Positions 1 to 8,736 of a DNA stretch of 36,236 nt are shown here, in pieces. The position numbers were made by a program, and so were the translations under genes. How positions within the stretch are numbered: the stretch's first letter is position 1; each line of letters starts with the position of its first letter. This DNA comes from Niastella sp. Lineage in GTDB: Bacteria > Bacteroidota > Bacteroidia > Chitinophagales > Chitinophagaceae. The notes under the pieces were generated by a model, which saw nothing but the letters and a program-made list of their open reading frames with translations, was not told the DNA's origin and searched no databases. Location: assembly GCA_036379015.1 (NCBI GenBank), contig DASUVL010000734.1, positions 1-36,236 of the forward strand, given 5' to 3'.

Positions 1-1
1 T

Positions 2-1054
2 ACCTGTTTTTACGAAATCAATCCTGATAGCCTGCTGTTCTATTCGCAAAAAGTATATCGGTATGCTGAAAACATCCATTATGAGAAAGGAAAAATGGAA
101 AGTTTTTGCTCGATGGCGTATTACTATTCTTTGACTGGCAACTACACGCAGATGCTATCCTTTTACCAGCAGGCTCTGGCCCTGGCCGAAAAAATAAACG
201 ATAAAGAGGTTGAGCTCAATATGCTCAGAAATATCGGCCAGTTTTATTTGAACACAGGAAAGGAAGCAGAAGCAATGCAGCATTTTAAAAAGGCCTATAA
301 GATGGCCATAGACATAGGACATACTGTAGCAAAAGCCTACCTGCTTGTTGACATGGCGGCCATCCCGCTCCTGCATCATGAGTATGACCAGGCACTGGCA
401 TTATACCACGAGGCACTACAGGTTATAAATGATCCAAACGGATTTGTTGCCGCCTTTGTACGAACCGATATCGGCAGTGTGCTGTGTGAAAAAAAACAGT
501 ATCAGGAGGCCGTGCCTTACTTCCGCACTTCGCTGGATTATTACTGGCGTACCCATGATAAATTGGGCAGAATGAACACTATGAATGCCCTGGCAAATGC
601 ATGCAGGGGACTTGGGCAAACAGATACGGCCATTTCGTATGCTATGACAAGTCTTTCACTGGCAAAAGAAATTAAAAACAAAGAAGGGATAAGGAATGCA
701 GCGGAATATTTGACCGATCTGTATGAAAAAAAAGGGGATTATCGCAACAGCCTTACATACTTTAAATTGTATAAAGCATTTTCTGATAGTCTTTTCAACG
801 AAGATACCCGTAAAAAAACAGCTGAACTGGAGGCAAAGTTTGTTTATGAGAAGAAGGAAGTATTGTTAAAACAAACACAGGCCAACCATGTCAGGGTGCT
901 GCATTTCCAAATTGCGATAGCCCTTATTTCAGCTTTATTGATGGGCGTTCTCATCGTTTTTTTCCTTTTTCCCAGGTGGCTACGCCGGTTACCGCATTTG
1001 CGTGATCTTCCCCCGGAGGAGGAGTATAAAGAAAAAAAAATTACGTATTTGTGA
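2..1054 (+). CDS. TPR-repeat membrane protein (sensor-type ectodomain plus one C-terminal TM helix, no kinase domain); 5' end lies outside the window
   Basis: Frame is open from position 2 into ORF 95..1054. Multiple TPR helices (e.g. YDQALALYHEAL, YQEAVPYFRTSL), a DSLFNE..KK.AELEAKF..EKKE coil typical of Bacteroidota TPR sensors, then hydrophobic IAIALISALLMGVLIVFFLF and a short tail. Confidence 0.8.
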   Translation, partial: TCFYEINPDSLLFYSQKVYRYAENIHYEKGKMESFCSMAYYYSLTGNYTQMLSFYQQALALAEKINDKEVELNMLRNIGQFYLNTGKEAEAMQHFKKAYKMAIDIGHTVAKAYLLVDMAAIPLLHHEYDQALALYHEALQVINDPNGFVAAFVRTDIGSVLCEKKQYQEAVPYFRTSLDYYWRTHDKLGRMNTMNALANACRGLGQTDTAISYAMTSLSLAKEIKNKEGIRNAAEYLTDLYEKKGDYRNSLTYFKLYKAFSDSLFNEDTRKKTAELEAKFVYEKKEVLLKQTQANHVRVLHFQIAIALISALLMGVLIVFFLFPRWLRRLPHLRDLPPEEEYKEKKITYL

Positions 1055-1177
1055 AGCTTTCGTGTGACCATGGCTGAAAACCCACACAAATGTTCCTTGT
1101 AGTTATGATGGTGTACCCCAACTTAATGTCGTAGGGCTTACATATAATTTTGCCCAGGTGTATTGTTAACTTACATG

Positions 1178-1372
1178 CTATTTATGCATGCTGGTGTCCC
1201 TTTGTGTTGATGCACTTGTATCACGTGTACTGGTGGTATCACGTGTACTAATGGTATCAGATGTACTTTTAGTGGCAGCACTGTCGGTTGAAGTGCCGGT
1301 AGTAGATTGAGGTGGATTGCAGGCGCCAATGGCTGCAAATACGATTACTAATGCAAAAAAGATGTTTTTCAT
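1178..1372 (-). CDS. small Thr/Ser-rich lipoprotein (64 aa)
   Basis: MKNIFFALVIVFAAIGAC signal with lipobox Cys; low-complexity TRDT repeats. Confidence 0.8.
   Translation of the reverse strand: MKNIFFALVIVFAAIGACNPPQSTTGTSTDSAATKSTSDTISTRDTTSTRDTSASTQRDTSMHK
1218..1267. repeat. 18-bp-period tandem repeat (3 copies) inside the small lipoprotein
   Basis: gtatcacgtgtact at 1218 and 1236, gtatcagatgtact at 1254. Confidence 0.85.
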
Positions 1373-1403
1373 AAATTAATTATTAATTCGCCTACGTTAC
1401 TTC

Positions 1404-1419
1404 ATCAATTTCTTTGCCA
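1404..1419 (-). promoter_or_regulatory. candidate sigma-54 (-24/-12) promoter of the small lipoprotein
   Basis: Minus strand TGGCAAAGAAATTGAT = GG-N10-GA, about 30 bp upstream of the ATG; ctaca/tgtag inverted repeat about 1480-1500 is a possible activator site. Confidence 0.45.
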
Positions 1420-1586
1420 CATTGTATATAAAATCATTATGTGTTTGAATTTGCCTTCAATGTACATAGTGTTGTGATTATTCTACAGTAGTTGTAGAAT
1501 CGGCGCCTTGTTTATTGACTTTTTATGGATTGCCCGGGATTATGCATCTAAAAGGTTGACTAACAATCGTAAAACTGTCCGAAATC

Positions 1587-2759
1587 ATGAAAAAATATCT
1601 CTTTACAACACTTACTTTTTTGGGTTTAATGGCAAATTCAGGCAGAAGCCAGACTATTGATACCTTAATAGATGTTGGTGGTTACAGGCTCCATTTTCAC
1701 ATCATAAAAGGAAAGGGGATGCCAATCTTGTTTGAAGCCGGAAGTGGGGCCGATGTAAGTATGTGGGATATTATGTTGAAGCCACTAGCCGATATTACAC
1801 ACGCAACCCTTATAACCTATGACCGCGCTGGTTTTGGAAAAAGCGAACTGGATACCATGAACGATGACGTAGATAAACATGGAATTCTACATGGTATTGA
1901 AGGGCTGGAAACAGGTCTTAAAAAATTGGGCTACGGTGGAAATATCATACAGGTAGCTTCTTCTTTTGGTGGCTTTTGCGCAACGCTCTATGCTTCAAGG
2001 CACCCTGCAACTGTAAAAGCAGCCGTATTGATCGACGCTAATCATATTTGCTGGTTTATAGATGCCTTTGTTGAAAGTGAAATGAAAGAGAGAAAAAAGA
2101 ATTCGGCAAGCATAAAAAATCAAAACCTGGCTTATTATTACCAGGCTTTGAATCTGCAAAACACGGTAGAGCTCATGAGAAAAACGCCTTTCCCGGCAAC
2201 CATCCCGGTGATTGATCTGGTTTCGGAATTTAATTTCCCTGATTCTGTCAGTGCCGCCAGATGGAAAGTGTGTCACAGGCAGTTTGCAGATGCCCAGCCT
2301 AACCGCGAAGGCATTACTGCTTATAGATGCAGGCATGTTATTTTTAACGACAACCCATCCCTTGTCATTAATGCCATCGTAAAAGCTTACACCGGCACGC
2401 TGGGTAAAGAACAAGGCAATGAAATAATGAAGCGGTTTCTTACTTATAGCCTTGAAGCAGCCAATGATGAGAAAAGGAGAGAAGTTCAATACCGGCATTC
2501 AATGGATGATCTGACGTCATGGGGGCGTTCCCTGTTACAACAGGGTGAAAAGGAAAAAGCGACTGAAGTATTTAAGCTAAGTGTGCTATTATACCCCGAA
2601 AGTTCAGAAATGTACGAAAACCTGGCAGAGGCATATGAAGCTGCCGGAAACAAGGAGCTTGCCATCAAAAATTATCAACGGTGTCTTCAGTTAGTTCCTA
2701 ACAATAAGAAGGTTGAGGAACATCTTAAAAAGCTCCTTCCGTTTCCTTCGATAAAATGA
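1587..2759 (+). CDS. secreted alpha/beta hydrolase with C-terminal TPR
   Basis: Signal peptide; ILFEAGSG, YDRAGFGKS, nucleophile-elbow-like ASSFGG, LID, His in RHVIF; TPR tail YENLAEAYEAAGNKELAIKNY. Confidence 0.85.
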   Translation: MKKYLFTTLTFLGLMANSGRSQTIDTLIDVGGYRLHFHIIKGKGMPILFEAGSGADVSMWDIMLKPLADITHATLITYDRAGFGKSELDTMNDDVDKHGILHGIEGLETGLKKLGYGGNIIQVASSFGGFCATLYASRHPATVKAAVLIDANHICWFIDAFVESEMKERKKNSASIKNQNLAYYYQALNLQNTVELMRKTPFPATIPVIDLVSEFNFPDSVSAARWKVCHRQFADAQPNREGITAYRCRHVIFNDNPSLVINAIVKAYTGTLGKEQGNEIMKRFLTYSLEAANDEKRREVQYRHSMDDLTSWGRSLLQQGEKEKATEVFKLSVLLYPESSEMYENLAEAYEAAGNKELAIKNYQRCLQLVPNNKKVEEHLKKLLPFPSIK

Positions 2760-2863
2760 GCATTACGATGTGGTGGCGCGATGGGGGAGTGTCTTATAAG
2801 CCCAGGGGAAAAATGCCATTTACTTGTAAAACACGTGTAACTTACAAGCCTAAAAAGTGCACA

Positions 2864-3298
2864 ATGAATAAAAGAGGGCCAATTGTCATTATTGAAGACG
2901 ATACCGATGATCAGGATATTTTGTCTGAAATCTTTAAAGAACTTAATTACAAAAATGAACTTATTTTCTTTGCCGACAGTATAAAGGCGTTGGCATATTT
3001 GACCGACACAGATATTGAACCTTTTCTTGTCCTTTCTGACATAAATATGCCCAAATTAAATGGAATGGAATTACGAGAAAAAATTCACAATAATGAAGAT
3101 TTGAGATTAAAATCTATTCCTTACCTTTTCTTTTCTACGAGTGGCGAACAAAAACATGTGATCGACGCCTATTCGAGATCTATTCAAGGTTTTTTTATCA
3201 AACCAAGTAATTATGATAAACTAAAAAAGATTATTGTAAAGATTGTAGAGTATTGGCAAGAATGCGAATCGCCAAACTATATTAAAAATGCTCAATAA
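2864..3298 (+). CDS. single-domain response regulator (receiver)
   Basis: IVIIEDD, LSDINMPKLNG (phospho-Asp), FSTS, FIKP motifs; start moved to MNKRG at 2864. Confidence 0.92.
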   Translation: MNKRGPIVIIEDDTDDQDILSEIFKELNYKNELIFFADSIKALAYLTDTDIEPFLVLSDINMPKLNGMELREKIHNNEDLRLKSIPYLFFSTSGEQKHVIDAYSRSIQGFFIKPSNYDKLKKIIVKIVEYWQECESPNYIKNAQ

Positions 3299-3405
3299 TA
3301 GGTTGATTACTTAACACTGCACTTAAAATTAAAAGACAAGCCTTGCCCGATAATTATACAAAAGTTGGATATGTGATAATTTTTACGGTCTTACCCAAAA
3401 AAGAA

Positions 3406-3439
3406 ACAGGACAAGAGGAAGAGATCCGTCTTGTCCTGT
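3406..3439. terminator. hairpin between convergent genes, also part of an att-like scar
   Basis: acaggacaag ... cttgtcctgt 10-bp stem. Confidence 0.6.
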
Positions 3440-3482
3440 GCCTGTGTGGTGACGCCCACTATACACGTTCCAACACCGTCAA

Positions 3483-5057
3483 TTATGCTAATGGACGAAT
3501 ACCTATGACTACATTATCATTTGAATATGCACCCATATGACATGTAGCACTTGTGCCGCCACCGTTTAAGTTTAATAAATCAATTCCTGCATTTCTGGCT
3601 GGAGAACTTGTCTGCAATTTACCCAGGTCAGCATTACCCCAGGCTGACGATACCAACAGCGGATCAGATTGCAACGAGAAATCATCAAATGCTGTTGCAG
3701 CCTGCCATTGAGCTAATGATTGCGTTCCGGTTCCACGAGAATCAACAAAGCCCCATCTGGAATGTCCGAAGCTCAAATTATGAGATCTGCTTTGTACTGC
3801 TGCGTCAGATTGACCATCGAAAGCAAAATTGAATAATGGAGCAGTACCCGTCTTTATATTATTGTGTATTCTCCAACCTGATCCCCTGGTACCCGCTCCG
3901 CCTGTTGCGGTGTGAATACCTTCTCTTTCTCTGTTCATTATTGCGTTTATTAATGTATTATTAATAACATCGATATCACGGTGTGGATAACCCGCCTGAG
4001 CCATGCAAATTGTGAAGTAGTGCCCACCAACCTGTACATTTTGATATACCTGGTTTCTTCCTAATTCTCCGGAAGTATCCATGAAGTTTACAGATCCGGT
4101 AACATTATTAAAAGTGCTTGCTCTGACTAAATTTCGTCTGAACACAATACCACCCAGTATTGGCCTGAGGGAACCTGCTCCCTTACTGGTTAATGCTGTT
4201 TCAACGTTATCAAAATAACAATTCTCTATGGTAAGACGTCCTGTAGATGTTGTTATATTTGAACCTTGTGGACTAAATAGCTGAATGCCCTGTTCACTAC
4301 CAAATGCATTTTGCCTGCTATAATTTTCAATCCAGCAATCACTAACCAGGTTATACTGACAACCGTTCGTACTTTCAAAACGAATGGCAGCATGGTTATT
4401 ATCGGCACGTGCCTGAGGCCAGGTAGTAGGACCCCGATCAATTCTAAAGTAAGAAATTCTATTGTATTTGCCAGTGACTACGATTGGTCCTGTATCGGGG
4501 GTTGTTGGTGCAAGCGATTCCGTAATATAGAATCCATACCAGTGGTGACCAGTTTCTAATCCCAAAACCGGGCATCCATAACCCTGTCGCGTTCCATTGT
4601 GTCTTAATATGCTTCTTCCTGTAGTATTCAAAGCAGCATAATTCTCTGCAAAGAATATTATAGGATTGTTTTCAGTGCCGCTAGCCGAAATTCGAAATGA
4701 AGGGTCGAATCGTTGATTTGTATTAACGCCCATATACGCACCTGGACCGCAACTAACCCGCCAACCAGGTTGGGCTAATTGTAATGCTTGTGCGAGCGTA
4801 TATGGATTCTGTTGGGTGCCATTTCCTGAACCAGTAGCAGTTGCGCTAACCCAATGCGTTGCTACTAAAGATGCCCTGATGGCATTTGGGTCGGGGTTTG
4901 CGCCGTAGGCGCCGGGATCGCCACCTTCATCACCATCTTTACCACCATCGTCGGCAGGATCATTTGTTTTTTTGGTACATGCATTCAGTAGTGCGGTCAT
5001 TGAGGAAAGGCCGATGATACCGGTTACCCCTTTCTTTAAAAACTCCTTACGTTTCAT
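3483..5057 (-). CDS. Tat-like lipoprotein with predicted right-handed parallel beta-helix (pectate-lyase-like fold)
   Basis: MKRKEFLKK Tat-like motif, LLNAC lipobox, acidic Gly linker, WVS..GSGNGT..NPYTL..AL..AQPG cap, repeated I.NN/I.NC beta-helix rungs, L..SSPARNAG...MGAY closing motif. Confidence 0.75.
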   Translation of the reverse strand: MKRKEFLKKGVTGIIGLSSMTALLNACTKKTNDPADDGGKDGDEGGDPGAYGANPDPNAIRASLVATHWVSATATGSGNGTQQNPYTLAQALQLAQPGWRVSCGPGAYMGVNTNQRFDPSFRISASGTENNPIIFFAENYAALNTTGRSILRHNGTRQGYGCPVLGLETGHHWYGFYITESLAPTTPDTGPIVVTGKYNRISYFRIDRGPTTWPQARADNNHAAIRFESTNGCQYNLVSDCWIENYSRQNAFGSEQGIQLFSPQGSNITTSTGRLTIENCYFDNVETALTSKGAGSLRPILGGIVFRRNLVRASTFNNVTGSVNFMDTSGELGRNQVYQNVQVGGHYFTICMAQAGYPHRDIDVINNTLINAIMNREREGIHTATGGAGTRGSGWRIHNNIKTGTAPLFNFAFDGQSDAAVQSRSHNLSFGHSRWGFVDSRGTGTQSLAQWQAATAFDDFSLQSDPLLVSSAWGNADLGKLQTSSPARNAGIDLLNLNGGGTSATCHMGAYSNDNVVIGIRPLA

Positions 5058-5514
5058 AGCGGATATAATTTATTGTTATGATGTGAATGAGTACAGGATC
5101 ATGAATTCATATCATATGGCTTGTGAAAGTGTAATTTTTATTACAAATACTAAGCCAACACTTCTCCATGAATTGGCAAAACTTTTTCCCTACCGGTGCC
5201 AGGTTACTCCGGTATAGTACTTTGCCTATTGACCTCCCTTTATATGTAAGTTTTTAAAATACGCTGTCAGAAACAGTTAGACCCAATTCCCATCATGTAC
5301 CGGGATATAAATCCATGCTGTCTAAATCACCCCGCCATAAAGTCTATTTCACCCCCTGTCTGTCTTTTTTTAAAACAATAATTTTGGTGCAGATAAAATA
5401 ATAACTCACCTCAATTATTAAAAGCCTTATTCAAACCGGTAAAGGCTTACCTAATGCCACCGGTACGCCAGGAACCGCAACAAAAAAGAAACCTACATCT
5501 TCAAACTTATATAT

Positions 5515-5973
5515 ATGAATAATAAAAATTTTAGTGTCACATTATTGGTTGACCAAACGCCTGAAGAAGTTTTTAACGCCATCACCAATGTTCGCAAATG
5601 GTGGTCGGGATATTATGATGAAGAAATTGTAGGTGGTACGGAAAAACTCAATGATGAGTTTAGTTTTCGTGCTGGAGGAGGCGTTCATTTTTCCAAACAA
5701 AAATTGGTAGAAGTATTCCCGGATCAAAAAATCGTTTGGCTTGTTACTGACAGTGAGCTCAGCTTCGTTGAAAACAGAAACGAGTGGATAGGCACCAGAA
5801 TCGTTTTTGAAATTTCTAAAAAAGGAAGCAAAACGCAACTGGTATTCACGCACGAAGGCTTGGTTCCAGAGGTTGAATGTTACAATTCCTGCTCACCAGC
5901 ATGGTCACAATACTTGCAGAACAAGTTATTGCCATTGATAAAAAACAGTAAAACCGCAATAGCAATTAAATAA
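5515..5973 (+). CDS. SRPBCC/AHA1-like domain protein
   Basis: PEEVFNAI..VRKWW, EWIGTRIVFEI, TQLVFTHEGL..ECY..C..AW. Confidence 0.9.
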   Translation: MNNKNFSVTLLVDQTPEEVFNAITNVRKWWSGYYDEEIVGGTEKLNDEFSFRAGGGVHFSKQKLVEVFPDQKIVWLVTDSELSFVENRNEWIGTRIVFEISKKGSKTQLVFTHEGLVPEVECYNSCSPAWSQYLQNKLLPLIKNSKTAIAIK

Positions 5974-6000
5974 TGACTAAAAATAAAACAATGGCGCTAT

Positions 6001-6186
6001 CCAGATCTTTAAAAACACATCCTGCAACACGTCTTCGGCAATGGTGGCGCTGCCACTAAGGTGTAAAATAAAGGAGTAGAGCTTGTTCTTGTATTGTCGG
6101 AACAACTGTTCAAAGGCAATCTCATCGCCCTGCACTACCCGTATTATTAATTCATTGCCGTTGGTTGATTGTTGCATCAATGCCAT
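6001..6186 (-). pseudogene. truncated ECF sigma-70 factor (start of region 2 only)
   Basis: GDEIAFEQLFRQY..KLYSF...AEDVLQDVFLKIW, then similarity stops abruptly; no region 4. Confidence 0.85.
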
Positions 6187-6326
6187 TCTGATCGCGTAAA
6201 ATTATTAAAAAGCAGGTGGTAATAAAAGTAATAATGCGTAATTGCGGATGCAGACTGATTAAATAGCGGACCGGCTAACGGGATTATGGGGATGCTCTAC
6301 CAGTGAGCTACCCGAAGTAAAAAATT

Positions 6327-6359
6327 AAAAAGGCGTCCGCTAGCTAGCGAACGCCTTTT
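6327..6359. terminator. intrinsic terminator-like hairpin
   Basis: aaaaaggcgtccgc tagcta gcgaacgcctttt with A/T tracts on both sides. Confidence 0.7.
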
Positions 6360-6376
6360 GTGATCCGGATTGGATT
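6360..6376 (-). other. tRNA 3'-end fragment (Arg-like), possible att remnant
   Basis: Minus strand AATCCAATCCGGATCAC resembles T-loop end, T-stem and acceptor strand; the rest of the tRNA is absent. Confidence 0.5.
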
Positions 6377-6412
6377 AATAAATTGATCCACCTTAAACCT
6401 TATACCTTTTAC

Positions 6413-7288
6413 CTACTTCTTCATATTCGACGCATCCACATAGTTCATTAGCTTCCATATGCCACTCTGCACCATAGTGCGGGTGGACATAGTTTCGTTA
6501 ATCATTGCATTCATATCTTTTTGCGGGAATAGTTTTTTAACCGATTCAGAATAGCCATCGCCTAATTTATTCAGGTCGTCGTAGAAATTCACGGTTACAT
6601 ATTCATATTCCATCCTGGTATCAACCGGCATTATTTTTTCGTACAAACCCCAGCCTTTCAGTATGCCCATTTTTACTCTTTCTTTATGCAGGGGTAAAAA
6701 TGTTTCTTTCTCCATTTTTATATAATCAGCTGTTTTGCCGGCGGCGGGGTGCATTAGATCTACCTCCATGTACTTGCTGGGTGGGGCATTGGGTGCATCG
6801 TCTGTATGGGCGCCTTGTACGGGTGTATAAATTTCGCGCCGTACAATATGGCGGCATTCATCAAACTGCGTCTGTACATCAGTGATCATTTTATCGGTCA
6901 TTTCAGGAAATACTTTTTTATAGATGTCCTTTGTAGACATTGGAAAATCGAGCAAAGCAGCCAGGCTGCCGGTAATATTTACTGCCGCATAATCAAAATC
7001 GGTGGAGGAGCCCGCCGGCATCAACACCTGGTACAAATACCACCCCATCAGGTTTTGGTTTTTAAAAAAATATTCATTCACCTTTTTACCGTATTTCTCA
7101 ACCAGTTGCCGGTATTGCTCCTGCTTGCCCGCGTGTACCTTAATAAAGTTAACGCCCACATAAATTTGTTGTGGAGGAGTTTGCGAAAGCGCCCTGATAG
7201 CGGGCAATAACAAAACAATAATAACAAAAGCAGCAATCAGTTTTGGCAGGCGCCTGCGCGCAGGCAGGGCTTGATGTTTCGTGTGCAT
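6413..7288 (-). CDS. secreted protein with two internal repeats (NIPSNAP-like/dimeric alpha-beta barrel candidate)
   Basis: Signal peptide; duplicated module V.F.KV..GK...Y...E...GW.LY...MP.......Y..VN. Confidence 0.7.
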   Translation of the reverse strand: MHTKHQALPARRRLPKLIAAFVIIVLLLPAIRALSQTPPQQIYVGVNFIKVHAGKQEQYRQLVEKYGKKVNEYFFKNQNLMGWYLYQVLMPAGSSTDFDYAAVNITGSLAALLDFPMSTKDIYKKVFPEMTDKMITDVQTQFDECRHIVRREIYTPVQGAHTDDAPNAPPSKYMEVDLMHPAAGKTADYIKMEKETFLPLHKERVKMGILKGWGLYEKIMPVDTRMEYEYVTVNFYDDLNKLGDGYSESVKKLFPQKDMNAMINETMSTRTMVQSGIWKLMNYVDASNMKK

Positions 7289-7490
7289 ACGACTTGTTTT
7301 TTTTAGCTGAGGTAATAGTAACAGGTAGGATCTTGTTCAACAGGGAGAGGGATGAGCAGCAAGATAAGAACAAGTGGCTGCCTGGAAGGACAGGTTGTAA
7401 TAAAATGATAAATGTCAAGTGCTAAAACGATCTAAAAAAGGCACAAGGGCCATCCTGGATGTAGAAAAATAGGTTTTCCCCTTTTGAAAT

Positions 7491-7524
7491 AAAAAAGGTC
7501 CCGACTCAGCCGGGACCTTTTTTT
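7491..7524. terminator. bidirectional intrinsic terminator
   Basis: aaaaaaggtcccg actcagc cgggaccttttttt just downstream of 7539..8147(-). Confidence 0.9.
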
Positions 7525-7538
7525 ATCGATAGCGATAA

Positions 7539-8147
7539 TTAATTTCTATCAAACGCCTTCAACTTTCCTACAAAAGAGAAATTAGTAGAACAGGTTTTTC
7601 CAGGGTTAGGGTTGTCAGTTACTACGGTAGTATATGCAGCGGTTCCAGACGCAGAAAATTTAACGGAGATATCGCCGGTTGTCAAATCAAGGTTATCGAC
7701 AGTCACCGTCGTCGTGAGACCAGTATAGGTACCAGAATATTCTGCATAGTTTTTATAAGGATCGGCATCAGTCCAATCGTGGCTACCTGCTATTTTAGTA
7801 ACTGCTTTTGTAGCAGGATTATAGGTAAACTGTAAGCCTACGCCATCGGTCCCATCCACACCCTCGAAACGCTCAATACGAATATCATAACTACCATCAC
7901 TATTTTTAATCATGCTTTGTGAGTAATAATCTGTAGACTTGAAGTAGTAAGTACCTGTGACAGTTTTGGTAGCTCCATTTTTATCCTCGAAAGTGGTTGT
8001 GGCTGTAATTGGCTCCTCAGAACCCAATTGCCTGTTTAAATTGTTCACCTGGTCTTTCAAATCCTTGATATCGTCTTTCATTTTTTTACAAGATACAAAT
8101 GGAGATCCTGCAATCAGCACACCGAAAATGAGAAATAACTTTTTCAT
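7539..8147 (-). CDS. lipoprotein with N-terminal coiled coil, function unknown
   Basis: MKKLF...FVSC lipobox; KDDIKDLKDQVNNLNRQL heptads; beta-rich Thr-rich remainder. Confidence 0.8.
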   Translation of the reverse strand: MKKLFLIFGVLIAGSPFVSCKKMKDDIKDLKDQVNNLNRQLGSEEPITATTTFEDKNGATKTVTGTYYFKSTDYYSQSMIKNSDGSYDIRIERFEGVDGTDGVGLQFTYNPATKAVTKIAGSHDWTDADPYKNYAEYSGTYTGLTTTVTVDNLDLTTGDISVKFSASGTAAYTTVVTDNPNPGKTCSTNFSFVGKLKAFDRN

Positions 8148-8426
8148 GCAAATTTTGCTTTTTGTTGTGTTTGGTTTATTATTGATTAATACGTATGTGT
8201 TTTCAGTTCCCTTTTTTCAAAAGCGATTTCACCGGTCATACCGCTATTACATAGCTGCTGCGACCTTAATTAAATAGGTAACAATTTCTGGTGATATTCT
8301 GTATGGAATGTAAAAGAAAAGATAACGTGCCTGTAATACGGCGACTTTGTGTAAGAGCTATTTTTCATGGTCTGAGTTATAGGGTGCCCATTTATAATTT
8401 ATGGGTTGTGCATCCGGTTATGGTGC

Positions 8427-8457
8427 CAAAGATAAAATAAATACGCTGGCGGGCAAG
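8427..8457 (-). promoter_or_regulatory. Bacteroidota housekeeping promoter (-7/-33) for 7539..8147
   Basis: Minus strand TATCTTTG (8434-8427) with TTG 19 bp upstream. Confidence 0.55.
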
Positions 8458-8736
8458 TAAAATTTTGATAAATTGTAATATTTAATGCTCCGTTGAAGAT
8501 AAAAAAAGGTTATGAAGTGTTTGAATGATAGCTTTCAATTCCAAAATGCGCATGTTCACCCGGTTTGGGCTAATCGACTTTTATCACATGAAGTCCATCC
8601 TTCACACAGGTTTATTGGGTTGAATAAACATGTAACATTAAGCGCCGGAAGTTTTTGTCTTCGTTCAAAGAATAAAAAACGGTAAAAAAAGAAGATCAGC
8701 TGCCATAATTTAATTCAAAAAGATATGCCCTAAAAC

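Noticed and set aside
2490-2750. Similar TPR tails on the alpha/beta hydrolase and the serine hydrolase as a functional link
   Set aside because: This TPR tail is a common appendage of Bacteroidota hydrolases, and I see no DNA-level repeat.
2756-2863. N-terminal extension of the response regulator
   Set aside because: The receiver fold begins at MNKRG (2864); the extension looks non-coding.
3343-3540. 65-aa ORF
   Set aside because: Runs across a terminator/att scar and overlaps the convergent gene; no recognisable motif.
6289-6376. Intact tRNA gene
   Set aside because: Only fragments in the wrong order for a single tRNA; no cloverleaf.
8270-8370. Possible short leader ORF (MKNSSYTK...) in the long 5' UTR of 7539..8147
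   Set aside because: No attenuator structure or telling codon run seen; may be chance.
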